This document shows, one piece after another, positions 9,091 through 18,647 of a stretch of DNA of 64,000 nt. The first letter of the stretch is position 1, and each line of letters begins with the position of its first letter. The stretch is from IMG/VR virus record IMGVR_UViG_3300036766_002281, positions 10,630 to 74,629 of that record; one strand, written 5' to 3'. The stretch is from a virus. The translations under genes and the position numbers were made by a program. The notes under the pieces were generated by a model. That model was not told the DNA's origin. It did no database searches and saw nothing but the letters and a program-made list of their open reading frames with translations.

Positions 9091-10676
9091 TAGAAACTAT
9101 AATCTTTAAAGATCTTTTACGTTTAACTGCTGATAAAGAAGGGTTTGTAGCCCTAAACACTTCTCGGCATACAAACAAGTGGGTAGCTGGACTTCCAGAA
9201 GAGTTGTGGGAAAGTATCTACGAGGTCAAAACAGGTGATAGAGTTGATCTAGCTTTTGTATTTAGACCAGATGCAAAGTACGATCATGCGAAACTTGCTC
9301 TTTGGCGTAATCATTTTGGAGATGCCCCTAGATTAGAAGATTACAAAGCAGACCATGCTGAAGAGTTTGGTATTGACGAAGAAGAGTTAGAACAGTTTGA
9401 GAACGCACAGGGAGAGAAAGAGGAAATCTATCGCAATGATCGTTACCAGGCTACCAACAAGGATGCCGCTAATTGGCTGTTGAACATTCCAATGAAGTTT
9501 CTTGAACGGTATTTCTATTCACGTACTACTCCAGAAGAGATTGTAAGCATCAGGCACGAACTGATCAATACCCTAGAAGGATTTGAAGCACAGCTCGAGC
9601 AGATTGGAGTCGACCCATCGGAAGTAAAGGAACTGGAATCTGAGTTTGAGACTGTAGCCACCCCTCAACAAATGGATAGGGCATTAGAAGATTTGTACAA
9701 GTTTGGGAAAGACCATGGCGTCTGGTTTGAAAGCACTTTAATGAAAGGTAGTGCAGTTACGGCTTCCAGAGTTTATAAACGATTGGTAGATGGGTGGAAT
9801 AGAATAGTTGAACCAGATTGGAGTCCGAAGATGGATAAAAGTCTGAATACAGTAGTAATTGAATTCTATGATGGGCGGACGGAAAATGTTTTAACTGAAG
9901 AACAGTTAGATGAGTTCTTGGAAGAACAATTCTCTTACAATGATATGAATGCTGGAAAGGGTTTTAAAGTTTTTAAACGAATGAGTTATCAGGATTATCA
10001 AGTTGCGGTAAACGAAATGATTGATGAGATCTTTCCCGGGCATAATATTGGATCAAGCGTGCTAGATAACTTGTGGAGAGATGGGTACAAGATTGCAACA
10101 GTAACTTTGTACAATCGGGTTTGGTATGATAAGTGTGCCCCAGATCTTAATCAACCAAGTAGTTTTGTTGAGCCAAAGATTGTGGGAATGAACCGATATT
10201 ATGAAGTAGTACAAGCTCTCGATCAAATGAATACTGCGATTGGGCATTCCGTATTGAATTGTTTCAGCGACCTTATCCTGTTTAAGAAATCAAACGCTGT
10301 AGGAAGAAAAGCACATGATCAGGATTCAGATACTGTTAGTTCCCTTGACTTGATACTCTTGAACAAGACTGTAGAAGCATTAAATAGCAGAGGACTTTCG
10401 GTAAAGGTAGAAGACTATATCGATTGGCTGACTGGAAATGTGACAAAAGGAAGTTCCCGTTTCGACCAGGCTATTAAACTCTTCTTAACAGAACCAGTTT
10501 ATAACACGTTTAAGCATTTGAATCTTGTAGATGCTAAGGTTAAATTCGAACTAGGTCTTGGCCCACCTACGGTAGACGGGATCGATGTAAGTATGAGTCC
10601 AGAAAAAGAGTCACTACAGTTACTGCCGGGATTTACTGATGCAACAGTGGAGCCGCCAGTAGTAATAACTAGGTAG
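9087..10676 (+). CDS. acidic multidomain hypothetical protein
   Basis: 529-aa ORF; motifs DLLRLTA, SAVTAS, RKA. Confidence 0.7.
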   Translation: MIETIIFKDLLRLTADKEGFVALNTSRHTNKWVAGLPEELWESIYEVKTGDRVDLAFVFRPDAKYDHAKLALWRNHFGDAPRLEDYKADHAEEFGIDEEELEQFENAQGEKEEIYRNDRYQATNKDAANWLLNIPMKFLERYFYSRTTPEEIVSIRHELINTLEGFEAQLEQIGVDPSEVKELESEFETVATPQQMDRALEDLYKFGKDHGVWFESTLMKGSAVTASRVYKRLVDGWNRIVEPDWSPKMDKSLNTVVIEFYDGRTENVLTEEQLDEFLEEQFSYNDMNAGKGFKVFKRMSYQDYQVAVNEMIDEIFPGHNIGSSVLDNLWRDGYKIATVTLYNRVWYDKCAPDLNQPSSFVEPKIVGMNRYYEVVQALDQMNTAIGHSVLNCFSDLILFKKSNAVGRKAHDQDSDTVSSLDLILLNKTVEALNSRGLSVKVEDYIDWLTGNVTKGSSRFDQAIKLFLTEPVYNTFKHLNLVDAKVKFELGLGPPTVDGIDVSMSPEKESLQLLPGFTDATVEPPVVITR

Positions 10677-10711
10677 AACAACGAAATGTATAGAGCTGCG
10701 AACATGTACGC

Positions 10712-10915
10712 ATGAAGGAGTTTATGCTTATGTTCAAGTTCACTGACGATGATGAAGTTTTGTTACGTTGCTTGAATGCCTATTTAGATTGTCCAGGATG
10801 TAAAGGGCAGTTAGTCATTACGCACATAGAATTTTCGAATACATTTTTGAGATTTGTTCCAGTTAAGAGCTGTCTATCATGCAAATCAGATTATTTTATT
10901 ACTGAGTCAGATTAG
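10712..10915 (+). CDS. small zinc-ribbon protein
   Basis: CPGC...CLSC. Confidence 0.55.
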   Translation: MKEFMLMFKFTDDDEVLLRCLNAYLDCPGCKGQLVITHIEFSNTFLRFVPVKSCLSCKSDYFITESD

Positions 10916-10935
10916 GAGCAAGCAAGCACGCACAA

Positions 10936-11103
10936 ATGGAATGCCTACATTTAGAACTAATTAGAATCGACAAGGAAGACAGTTGGCTGTTCTACCAGTG
11001 TAAGAATTGTCATTTCGAAACGGAAGTGAAGGAAACTGAATTTTACAAATCAATGACAGAAGAAGAGAGAAAACAAGTTCACGAACCTTTAGATGGAAAT
11101 TAA
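10936..11103 (+). CDS. small hypothetical protein (CxH...CKNC)
   Basis: 55-aa ORF read manually, below the ORF-track size cutoff. Confidence 0.5.
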   Translation: MECLHLELIRIDKEDSWLFYQCKNCHFETEVKETEFYKSMTEEERKQVHEPLDGN

Positions 11104-11263
11104 TTAAAGTTAATAAACCTAAGGAGAAATCAAACGAACGTGTTCAATCCTACTCAACCTGCTAGTAAAGTATCTAAACCGAAAGCAAATATTGTAAGAC
11201 CATTTGAAAAGATAATGAGACCTAAAACAAAAGTAATTAAAATAAAATTTGAAGGGAATTAAC

Positions 11264-11584
11264 ATGCTATCAAAAATAAAAGAATTTCAACGTCAAGCAA
11301 ACGAACTTAAACGGGATGAGAACTCAGTGGATGAGTTTCGTCTTTGGTTAGAAGCTAAGACAGCAGAAGAAAAAGTTTTTCCTGAAAATACACTTCCTAG
11401 ACGTATCCAACCAGGTATTCGACTTGAAATACCTAGTGGAGATATAGTAAAAGTTGTAAGTAAGCCATATGATTATATGGACAATACTGTGATTGATATA
11501 GTTTTTGATAATGGGTTGGAAACTACTGCTATATGGTATCCTGAAGATAGTAGATGGGATGCCGTAGAAGAGCCAACTGAATAA
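11264..11584 (+). CDS. leader-family protein, SH3-like cargo
   Basis: MLSKIKEFQRQANELKRDENSVDEFRLWLEAKTA. Confidence 0.85.
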   Translation: MLSKIKEFQRQANELKRDENSVDEFRLWLEAKTAEEKVFPENTLPRRIQPGIRLEIPSGDIVKVVSKPYDYMDNTVIDIVFDNGLETTAIWYPEDSRWDAVEEPTE

Positions 11585-11642
11585 GAAGAGCTTATCAACA
11601 ACGAAGCGGAACCAAGACCAAGACCAAGACCAAGGAGATAAC

Positions 11643-11951
11643 ATGCTATCAAAAATCAAAGAATTTCAACGTACTGCAAAAGAGCTGGATACTGATCCAA
11701 ATTCAATAGAACAGTTCAAGATGTACCTTGAAGCAGAATATCCTGAAGGTGGAGAAGGTTCTGCAGACGAAGTAGATTTTGCCATCGAGAAGGTAATTTC
11801 TAGTTTGTATGAATTCAAAAATGGGTTGGATAAATTAAGATATACTAACGAATCTATTTTGGAAGAGTTAGAAAATATGGATATGGTATGGGAAGTATTT
11901 AGAACTGCTGTTACAACCTTTGTTGAATCAAACACAGAAGGGGAATCTTAA
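11643..11951 (+). CDS. leader-family protein
   Basis: MLSKIKEFQRTAKELDTDPNSIEQFKMYLEA; SD AGGAG. Confidence 0.85.
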   Translation: MLSKIKEFQRTAKELDTDPNSIEQFKMYLEAEYPEGGEGSADEVDFAIEKVISSLYEFKNGLDKLRYTNESILEELENMDMVWEVFRTAVTTFVESNTEGES

Positions 11952-11960
11952 GGAGATAAC

Positions 11961-12266
11961 ATGTTAAATAAAATCAAAGAATTTCAACGTCAAGCAAACA
12001 AACTTAAAAGAGATGCCAACAGCGTTGAAGAATTTCGTCTTTGGTTAGAAGCCGATCAAAAAATGATAGAACTTAATGCTGGAATTGTTCCTAGCACAAT
12101 TAAGCAAGTTGACGAAGTCTATTCTCGATTCAAAGGTGCGAAGAATGATCTTACTAAATTGTACCACGAACTCAAGGGGGAAGACGCTGTGGATCTTTCA
12201 GCAGTTCTTACTTCCATGGATAAGGCCATGGAAGGCCTTGAAACTTTATTACAGAGGTATGCCTAA
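11961..12266 (+). CDS. leader-family protein, helical cargo
   Basis: MLNKIKEFQRQANKLKRDANSVEEFRLWLEA; SD AGGAG. Confidence 0.85.
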   Translation: MLNKIKEFQRQANKLKRDANSVEEFRLWLEADQKMIELNAGIVPSTIKQVDEVYSRFKGAKNDLTKLYHELKGEDAVDLSAVLTSMDKAMEGLETLLQRYA

Positions 12267-12267
12267 T

Positions 12268-12357
12268 ATGTTAAACAAAATCAAAGAATTTCAACGTCAA
12301 GCTAGCGAGTTAGGAAGAAATCCAAACAGCGTAGAAGAGCTTAAGTTCTGGCTGTAA
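12268..12357 (+). pseudogene. cargo-less leader (29 aa) ended by an apparent GAA>TAA nonsense change
   Basis: MLNKIKEFQRQASELGRNPNSVEELKFWL*; DNA is TGG CTG TAA GCA where W-L-E-A is expected. Confidence 0.75.
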
Positions 12358-12401
12358 GCAATACCGCTATTGTTATAAACCTATTTGTAGAAAGTGAGGG
12401 A

Positions 12402-12803
12402 GTGAATCGATATAAGTATAAAAACGGGGCAATAGTTCGCATACTTACGTTTTTAACAGTTTTAATTCTTTCTACGAGTATTATAGCGGTACAAGCACGA
12501 ACACTTCTCTCTACGGTGACTTTACTTAAATTTGAGGATGATTACGATCAGAAGGACGTAGCAGTCATGGCAGTTGTAGATCGAATAGCAAAAGTTGATG
12601 GTGCTCACGGTGGTTTTTATTACGAAGTGAGTTTATATCCAGATGTAGTAGCAGTAGCTTTTACAACACAGATAAGTAAAAGGTTAAAGGTTGGAAGCCT
12701 AGTTGAAGTCCGTGGACGTTATTTTAAGTCGAACATGTTCATGGGGAACGTTTACAAACGATTTATTATTGCAGAAAAGCTTCTGGTTCTTGACGTAAGT
12801 TAA
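12402..12803 (+). CDS. exported or membrane-anchored protein, possible OB-fold
   Basis: Hydrophobic N-terminus; LKVGSLVEVRGRY. Confidence 0.55.
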   Translation: MNRYKYKNGAIVRILTFLTVLILSTSIIAVQARTLLSTVTLLKFEDDYDQKDVAVMAVVDRIAKVDGAHGGFYYEVSLYPDVVAVAFTTQISKRLKVGSLVEVRGRYFKSNMFMGNVYKRFIIAEKLLVLDVS

Positions 12804-12965
12804 ACAGTAATAAATCAAACGAAAGCATCTTAGTTTGCGGACCGAAAATTGAGAAACACCAGCAAAAACGGTATAACAAAGTAAATCTAAAACTGAGAAA
12901 GTAAATCTACGAATAGAATGAAATCAATAGAATTAGAGCCATAAAGGAAATCTAAAAGGAAACAA

Positions 12966-13487
12966 ATGTTATCTATTATTGGAGAATTTCAAAGGGAAGC
13001 TGTTAAGTTGGCCAAAGATCCTAACTCGGTTGAGGAATTAAAGAGATTTGCTTATGCAAGAATGTCTTTTATTCATTATTCTAAAACTGAGATAGAAAAT
13101 TTAGGAAGTATGAGAGTAAATTCAATTCTTATATCTATTGCGGGACTGAACGATGATTTTGCTGAAGTAGATGATTCTCGTTTTAAAGATGTATTACGTT
13201 TAAGATTTAGTGATGTAACAAGGGACTTTGGAAAATTTTTAGCTTTTAGAAAAAATCAAGCTGAACAGATTATCGCTTTTGTAAATAGAAACATTCCAGT
13301 TGATTTTGTTTACATCAACTGCGAACAAGGCAGATCTAGATCGGCAGCTATTCATTCAGCTTTAGAAAAAATTTATCATGCAAAAGAGGTTAATTTCCTT
13401 CATTGTAATTTACAGGTCAAGGAGACTTTGTTAGATGTTATCAAAAATCAAAGAGTTTCAGAAGTTAGCACAAGAATTAGACCGTAA
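12966..13487 (+). CDS. leader-family protein carrying a protein-tyrosine-phosphatase-like cargo
   Basis: Leader MLSIIGEFQREAVKLAKDPNSVEELKRF; then LISI, LRLRFSD, INCEQGRSRSAAI (CX5R). Confidence 0.8.
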   Translation: MLSIIGEFQREAVKLAKDPNSVEELKRFAYARMSFIHYSKTEIENLGSMRVNSILISIAGLNDDFAEVDDSRFKDVLRLRFSDVTRDFGKFLAFRKNQAEQIIAFVNRNIPVDFVYINCEQGRSRSAAIHSALEKIYHAKEVNFLHCNLQVKETLLDVIKNQRVSEVSTRIRP

Positions 13488-13893
13488 TCCAAACAGCGTA
13501 GAAGAGCTTCGGCTTTGGTTAGAGGCTCAAACCAAAACGGCTCAGGATCTTAGTTTTACTTCGGATGTTGATGATGTTGATATTCGACCTCGACCAAAAG
13601 ATGTTGATTTTGTAAATGCAAAAGCCAAAGTATTCTGGGATCTGCAAATGGACGCCCGGGAATATGGGATTAAGGATATCTACCCAACAGTTAGAAAAGT
13701 TGTGATTTCAGGAACGTATGAGTACGCCGTAGATATTGATGAAGAGGCAAGAGAAGAAGAGTTTGAGCTCTCCATTACAGCGGAAGAATGGAATATAAAA
13801 GAGGACTTAATGGGTGCGAAATTTGCTAACGGGTTGTACCCTTCTACAGTAAACGTAGACCAAGAATCAAAACAATGTACAGTTGAGTTTTGA
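13435..13893 (+). CDS. leader-family protein
   Basis: MLSKIKEFQKLAQELDRNPNSVEELRLWLEAQTKTA. Confidence 0.85.
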   Translation: MLSKIKEFQKLAQELDRNPNSVEELRLWLEAQTKTAQDLSFTSDVDDVDIRPRPKDVDFVNAKAKVFWDLQMDAREYGIKDIYPTVRKVVISGTYEYAVDIDEEAREEEFELSITAEEWNIKEDLMGAKFANGLYPSTVNVDQESKQCTVEF

Positions 13894-13914
13894 TAGATAG
13901 AACGTTACGAACGA

Positions 13915-14307
13915 ATGATATTAGATCTGAAACAATTTAAAAACGATCTTAAGCATTTGAATCGACATGGAAGTTCCCGGTGCGTTTTAGTAAATGTTTA
14001 CATGATTTCAGATTCAGAGCTCTATCACCGTTTTGTTACAGAACGTTTGAGAGTAGCATTTCCACTCGTTCTAGTTGTGGAAGAATCAAAAATTTTTAGT
14101 GGTTTTTCAAACGATTCTTATAGTAAAATTATGGATAAAATATACAATCGAGAGATTGTACTGTTTTCATTTGAGAATGCTGATGTAGGATTTGGTTATA
14201 ATATTGAGCATCTTCGTAGTAAAGTGCAAGCTGTTGTTGATGAAAGTTTTAGACAAAGAATAGACAAGACCTTTAAACGTATGGAGAGTGAACATGTTGT
14301 CAGATGA
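13915..14307 (+). CDS. hypothetical protein
   Basis: 130-aa ORF. Confidence 0.6.
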   Translation: MILDLKQFKNDLKHLNRHGSSRCVLVNVYMISDSELYHRFVTERLRVAFPLVLVVEESKIFSGFSNDSYSKIMDKIYNREIVLFSFENADVGFGYNIEHLRSKVQAVVDESFRQRIDKTFKRMESEHVVR

Positions 14308-16459
14308 AATAGGCGGTAAACTTCTAGATCTTGAACAACGTAAAGAAGCTGCAAAAGTTAGTAATCATCTACATACTGCAGTAGAAAAGCTCAGAGCAAT
14401 AGAAGAAGCTATTTTAAAGTTTTGTACCAAACCTAGAACTTCCAGCCAGGTTATACAGCTCTTTCCTGCTCGTCCTTTTAACATCTTGGCAATCATGGAA
14501 AATCTTAGAGTTAAAGATATGCTTACTCTTGCTGCCAATAAGTATGTCACAAACGTTGAGCATAGAGAGTTTGATGTCAGCATGACTATGACAGCTGATA
14601 GACGCAGCTTTACTTCGAAGACAGAGGAAATGTGGAGCTATTCCGACCAGGAAAGCAAACGTAGGCTTCTTTCAAAAGCTCATGTAATTCCAGAGAACGT
14701 TCCCAGATTCGCAGCAGAAGAATGGGCTCATCTTCCATCATGGGTTCAGAAGGCAGTTGAATATGAGCATAAGCATCCAGCCATTTTAGCAGAAGTTGAG
14801 GGTCAGGCAGAATATCCAGATCGCCCAAGTATTCAAACTATAAAAGATGCAGACGGACAATTCTACGCAGAAGAAGTTGAAGAGTCTGGAGGAGATTGGG
14901 GAGTATTCGATACCGAAGTAGGACATTGTTTTGCTACTTACTCAGGATCAGCTAAAGCAGAAAAAGAAGCGGATAAAATGAATCAAGAACATGGGCTAGG
15001 AAAGTATAAAAAGAAAAAAGCTGATGACGCTCCTGCAACTATAAATGTCAATGAGCAATCGCAACTTCAGCAAGTTGAAGGTGCAGAAGAAGATCACGGT
15101 CCTTCGTGTGAGATCTGTGGTTATGAATTTACCGAATCCCCTCAATTTGGAAACTCAGATATATGCCAACGTTGTGCTAAGGATCCTAACAAACGAGAAC
15201 AGTATGCAAGAGATGCTGGTTACGGTAAATGGCGGGGTGGGGACGAACGTAGTCTTGATCAGGCAGTTTCGGGCGAGATTGTTCCCTTCGGGGATAAATG
15301 GTGGAAGTTTACAGGTAGAATGACTTACAAACAATTGCGACCTGGAGTGATTTTTGGAGCCACTTATAGAGCCTTTAACGCCGGGTTTACTATTGAAGAG
15401 TTTCTTGGCTATTCTGGAAGAGATGTTAAGTATGGAGAAGGTGGTAAAAAGTATGATACCATCCAAGAAGTTTTTAAAGCTGAAGGAGTTAATTCCTTAA
15501 AGGCATTAGAAGCAAAACAAGATGAAGGGGAATACGGTTTTCATACCTACATGTGTACCAAGGAGTTGAGTGGTAAGCTGGAAGAGGGATGTTACTACTA
15601 CATTAGCGAAGGTAGATGGAGTAGAGGATCTGGTGCTGAGGCATTAAGCTTCTGGACAGTTGAAGAAATGGCAAAGCCAGAAAAGTATGAGGATGAAGAA
15701 GGTGGAGCCTTCGCACCAAGAAAGCATTCTCCTAGAGATCTATCGGTATCTGATCTTAAGGAAAGCCGGAGACGAAGACAAGCTTGTGATAAGGGGCAAT
15801 TTATCGAGCTTACATCAGTACAGGATGTTGATACAGGAGTAACTACAGATAATCCAATAGAGCTCCAGGAAGTGGTTGACTCTGGATTGAGTGCCAATTA
15901 CAAAGCTACGTTTATTACCAATGGTAGATCCAGAACTGCAATGTTGTCTACCTTGCCTGTAAAGAAGATAAAAGTTAAAACAGCAGAACCATTAATTCGA
16001 CAAGTTAAATCGGCAGATTCCAGTTTCGAAGAACATGTTAAGAAATTAATGCAAGAGGCTTTCAAGTATTATTCTGAACAGACAAAAATTATTCCAGACA
16101 CAGTAGATATCTGGAACGACGTTTTGAACAGTTTGTCTAGAGAACGTGGTACTACCTTAACCAAAGAAGAAGAGAATGAAGTCTGGGCTATTATTACTGG
16201 CGAGGAACCAGAAGGCGGAGGCGAAGACGAGATTGATATCAGTGGCTGTGGAACACAGATTAAGCAATTCCAAAGTGAAGCCAAACGATTAGGTCGTAAT
16301 GCTAACAGTGTTGAAGAACTTAAACTATGGATGGAAGCTGACAACGCTGAAAAAGAAGAACCTTTCAAATGGAAACACAAAACTTATGAAGAACCACCAC
16401 CTACAGCAGAACAAATATTACAAGAAATGGAAGATAAAGAATTTGATTCGTTCTGGTAA
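14288..16459 (+). CDS. acidic modular polyprotein with K/R-x-A motifs and a leader copy near the C-terminus
   Basis: KKA, RQA, RTA, KTA, KSA motifs; TQIKQFQSEAKRLGRNANSVEELKLWMEA at ~16250-16339. Confidence 0.75.
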   Translation: MNMLSDEIGGKLLDLEQRKEAAKVSNHLHTAVEKLRAIEEAILKFCTKPRTSSQVIQLFPARPFNILAIMENLRVKDMLTLAANKYVTNVEHREFDVSMTMTADRRSFTSKTEEMWSYSDQESKRRLLSKAHVIPENVPRFAAEEWAHLPSWVQKAVEYEHKHPAILAEVEGQAEYPDRPSIQTIKDADGQFYAEEVEESGGDWGVFDTEVGHCFATYSGSAKAEKEADKMNQEHGLGKYKKKKADDAPATINVNEQSQLQQVEGAEEDHGPSCEICGYEFTESPQFGNSDICQRCAKDPNKREQYARDAGYGKWRGGDERSLDQAVSGEIVPFGDKWWKFTGRMTYKQLRPGVIFGATYRAFNAGFTIEEFLGYSGRDVKYGEGGKKYDTIQEVFKAEGVNSLKALEAKQDEGEYGFHTYMCTKELSGKLEEGCYYYISEGRWSRGSGAEALSFWTVEEMAKPEKYEDEEGGAFAPRKHSPRDLSVSDLKESRRRRQACDKGQFIELTSVQDVDTGVTTDNPIELQEVVDSGLSANYKATFITNGRSRTAMLSTLPVKKIKVKTAEPLIRQVKSADSSFEEHVKKLMQEAFKYYSEQTKIIPDTVDIWNDVLNSLSRERGTTLTKEEENEVWAIITGEEPEGGGEDEIDISGCGTQIKQFQSEAKRLGRNANSVEELKLWMEADNAEKEEPFKWKHKTYEEPPPTAEQILQEMEDKEFDSFW

Positions 16460-16557
16460 GTCTTAATTAAAAATGATGGAAGAATATTAATTCGAAAGGA
16501 TTAAAACAATTAACAAACTAACAATCAACATTAAACGAAACGAAGGAGAACACGACT

Positions 16558-16962
16558 ATGTACGCTTTCATCGCAGCTTACAAACTTTATATTACCAATG
16601 GTGGTTCTGGATCAGCAACAAGTTTAACTGACTTCTTGACCTGGTTTAATGGCATTAGAAATGCCCTTACTCAGGAGCAGCAGATTTATATTGATCTTCT
16701 GAGTAATTCTGCTTATGCAACGTTCAGAAACAAATCTTCTGCTGTAATTCAAGAAGCAGTGCATGGTCTTGAATTTATTGATAACGTTGATAACTATACA
16801 GATCCAGCAAATACTGCCACTGCCTATCCAACAACTGTTTCAGGAAGTACTGTGATGGCCACAGCATTTATTAAGGCAGAGCTGGCAATGTTTGATAAGG
16901 TTATTAACGAGAATGGGCAATCGAGTAATAGTCAGGTAAATACTCTTCAAACGCTTTTATAA
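16558..16962 (+). CDS. hypothetical protein, possibly structural
   Basis: Strong SD AAGGAG; Ala/Thr/Asn-rich, 134 aa. Confidence 0.65.
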   Translation: MYAFIAAYKLYITNGGSGSATSLTDFLTWFNGIRNALTQEQQIYIDLLSNSAYATFRNKSSAVIQEAVHGLEFIDNVDNYTDPANTATAYPTTVSGSTVMATAFIKAELAMFDKVINENGQSSNSQVNTLQTLL

Positions 16963-17003
16963 GCGTAAGTGATCAAACGAAAGAAAGGTAGGCAATTAAA
17001 TCC

Positions 17004-17300
17004 ATGCTGGACCAAATCAAAGCATTTCAAAAGGAAGCTAAAGCTCTTGGTCGTAATGAGAACTCTGTGGAGGAGTTCAAGCTATGGATTGAGAGCGAGT
17101 CTCAGTCTCAATCGCAGACCAAGCAAGCTGCTGAACCAGAGGAAGATTACGATGAAGATAGAAAAAAGGTAATGGGAGATATCAAAAAGGAAATTGATTT
17201 TGTGTTAGAAAATTCATTTCCAGAGTTAGAGAACTTAGAGACTGTTATGTTCTTTGAGGACAATGATCCTGTTATAAAAGTAAGATTTATAGGTAGGTAA
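17004..17300 (+). CDS. leader-family protein
   Basis: MLDQIKAFQKEAKALGRNENSVEEFKLWIES...TKQA. Confidence 0.85.
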   Translation: MLDQIKAFQKEAKALGRNENSVEEFKLWIESESQSQSQTKQAAEPEEDYDEDRKKVMGDIKKEIDFVLENSFPELENLETVMFFEDNDPVIKVRFIGR

Positions 17301-17307
17301 AATACCA

Positions 17308-17610
17308 ATGCTGAATAAAATTAAAGAATTTCAACGTCAAGCAAACGAACTTAAACGAGATCCAAACTCTTTGTCTGAGTTCAAACTCTGGCTGGATGCT
17401 CAGACCAAGACAGCTGCTTCAGACACTGTAAAAGCTATTTTCACTTTAGAAATCAGAGATGATGATACTGGATATCCTGTTGATGTAGATTACAGTGAGT
17501 ATGAGGAAATGATGGAAAAACTTGAACAGATACTTATGAGAGCAAGATACAAAGGAGAAGGGTTAAACGCAGTAATTACTTCCCATGCTGATTCTGGTTG
17601 GCAAGGGTAA
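17308..17610 (+). CDS. leader-family protein
   Basis: MLNKIKEFQRQANELKRDPNSLSEFKLWLDAQTKTA. Confidence 0.85.
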   Translation: MLNKIKEFQRQANELKRDPNSLSEFKLWLDAQTKTAASDTVKAIFTLEIRDDDTGYPVDVDYSEYEEMMEKLEQILMRARYKGEGLNAVITSHADSGWQG

Positions 17611-17623
17611 ACTGTAAGAGCCT

Positions 17624-18646
17624 ATGAATTACAAATACCTGATGGTAAAAGTGGCTCATTTCCAGCACGATGCCCATAATCCGAATTCGATAGATGAATT
17701 TAAACTTTGGTTAGAAGCCAGAAACAGGCATGCCTGGATTGAACCACTGGGGGATGAAGATACTTTAAGAACGTATCTGAAAGAAAACCATCCAGAATCT
17801 TTGGATGGTAACCATCCTGTGTATCTTTTTGTGGATGAGTCGTTTGAAGAACATAAACTGATGTTAGTAGGCTCCACGCCTATTACTCTAAACTTTTTGA
17901 AGAACTTTAAAAGATTGTATAATGAGACAGAGCAAGAACGTGAAGACGAAGCGGCAGAAAAAGAAGCACTACCACCAGTTCTATCAAATAAAAAATCGTA
18001 TAAAAATGGAGCGCCCAACATGTTAAAAGAACTAAATCAATTTCAGAAGGAAGCAAAACAACTAGGAAGAAATGAGAACTCTGTTAATGAGTTTATATTA
18101 TGGCTGGAAGCAAGATCGCAATCTAAAACGGCATTAAGTGATGAGGCAAACAAATTCATTAGTGACAAAATTAGTAAGCTTCATGACGAAGGTTATGAAG
18201 GGGATCAAGCTATTGCTATAGCTCATGAGTATGCCAGAGATGCTGGCTACGATGTTCCAAGTCCAAAAAGTTCTTATACAAAAACGAAAAAGAAAGCTGA
18301 TCCAGATCCAGAACCTGAGGCAGACTTTGGACCAGACGAAGACTTGGGGGATCAAATAGAAGACGTAATGGAACATGAGGATGACCCAGAAAAGGAAGCC
18401 AAGCAGTTGATGGCTCTTTGGGAAAAAGGTGAGATGAGTTTGAAAGAGCTTCACCACCATATCTTAGAAGAATATGGTACGGAGCAGGAAGAAGAAAACA
18501 TTGAAGACATCGTTTTTGATCTAATTGACAAGCACGTCAAAGAGCTCAAGGGCGAAACCGAAGATGAGAGCGAGAGCGAGAGCGAGCTCGAAGAAGAGGA
18601 AGAGGAAGAAGGAGTAGGCGAAGAAGTTGGAGTACCAGAAAAATAG
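17624..18646 (+). CDS. double leader-family protein (degenerate leader ~17642; second leader at 18020)
   Basis: HFQHDAHNPNSIDEFKLWLEA and MLKELNQFQKEAKQLGRNENSVNEFILWLEARSQSKTA; very acidic tail. Confidence 0.8.
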   Translation: MNYKYLMVKVAHFQHDAHNPNSIDEFKLWLEARNRHAWIEPLGDEDTLRTYLKENHPESLDGNHPVYLFVDESFEEHKLMLVGSTPITLNFLKNFKRLYNETEQEREDEAAEKEALPPVLSNKKSYKNGAPNMLKELNQFQKEAKQLGRNENSVNEFILWLEARSQSKTALSDEANKFISDKISKLHDEGYEGDQAIAIAHEYARDAGYDVPSPKSSYTKTKKKADPDPEPEADFGPDEDLGDQIEDVMEHEDDPEKEAKQLMALWEKGEMSLKELHHHILEEYGTEQEEENIEDIVFDLIDKHVKELKGETEDESESESELEEEEEEEGVGEEVGVPEK

Positions 18647-18647
18647 G

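Noticed and set aside
12076-12267. N-terminal part of the 93-aa ORF 12076-12357
   Set aside because: It overlaps 11961-12266 out of frame. Only the portion from ATG 12268 (the leader) looks real.
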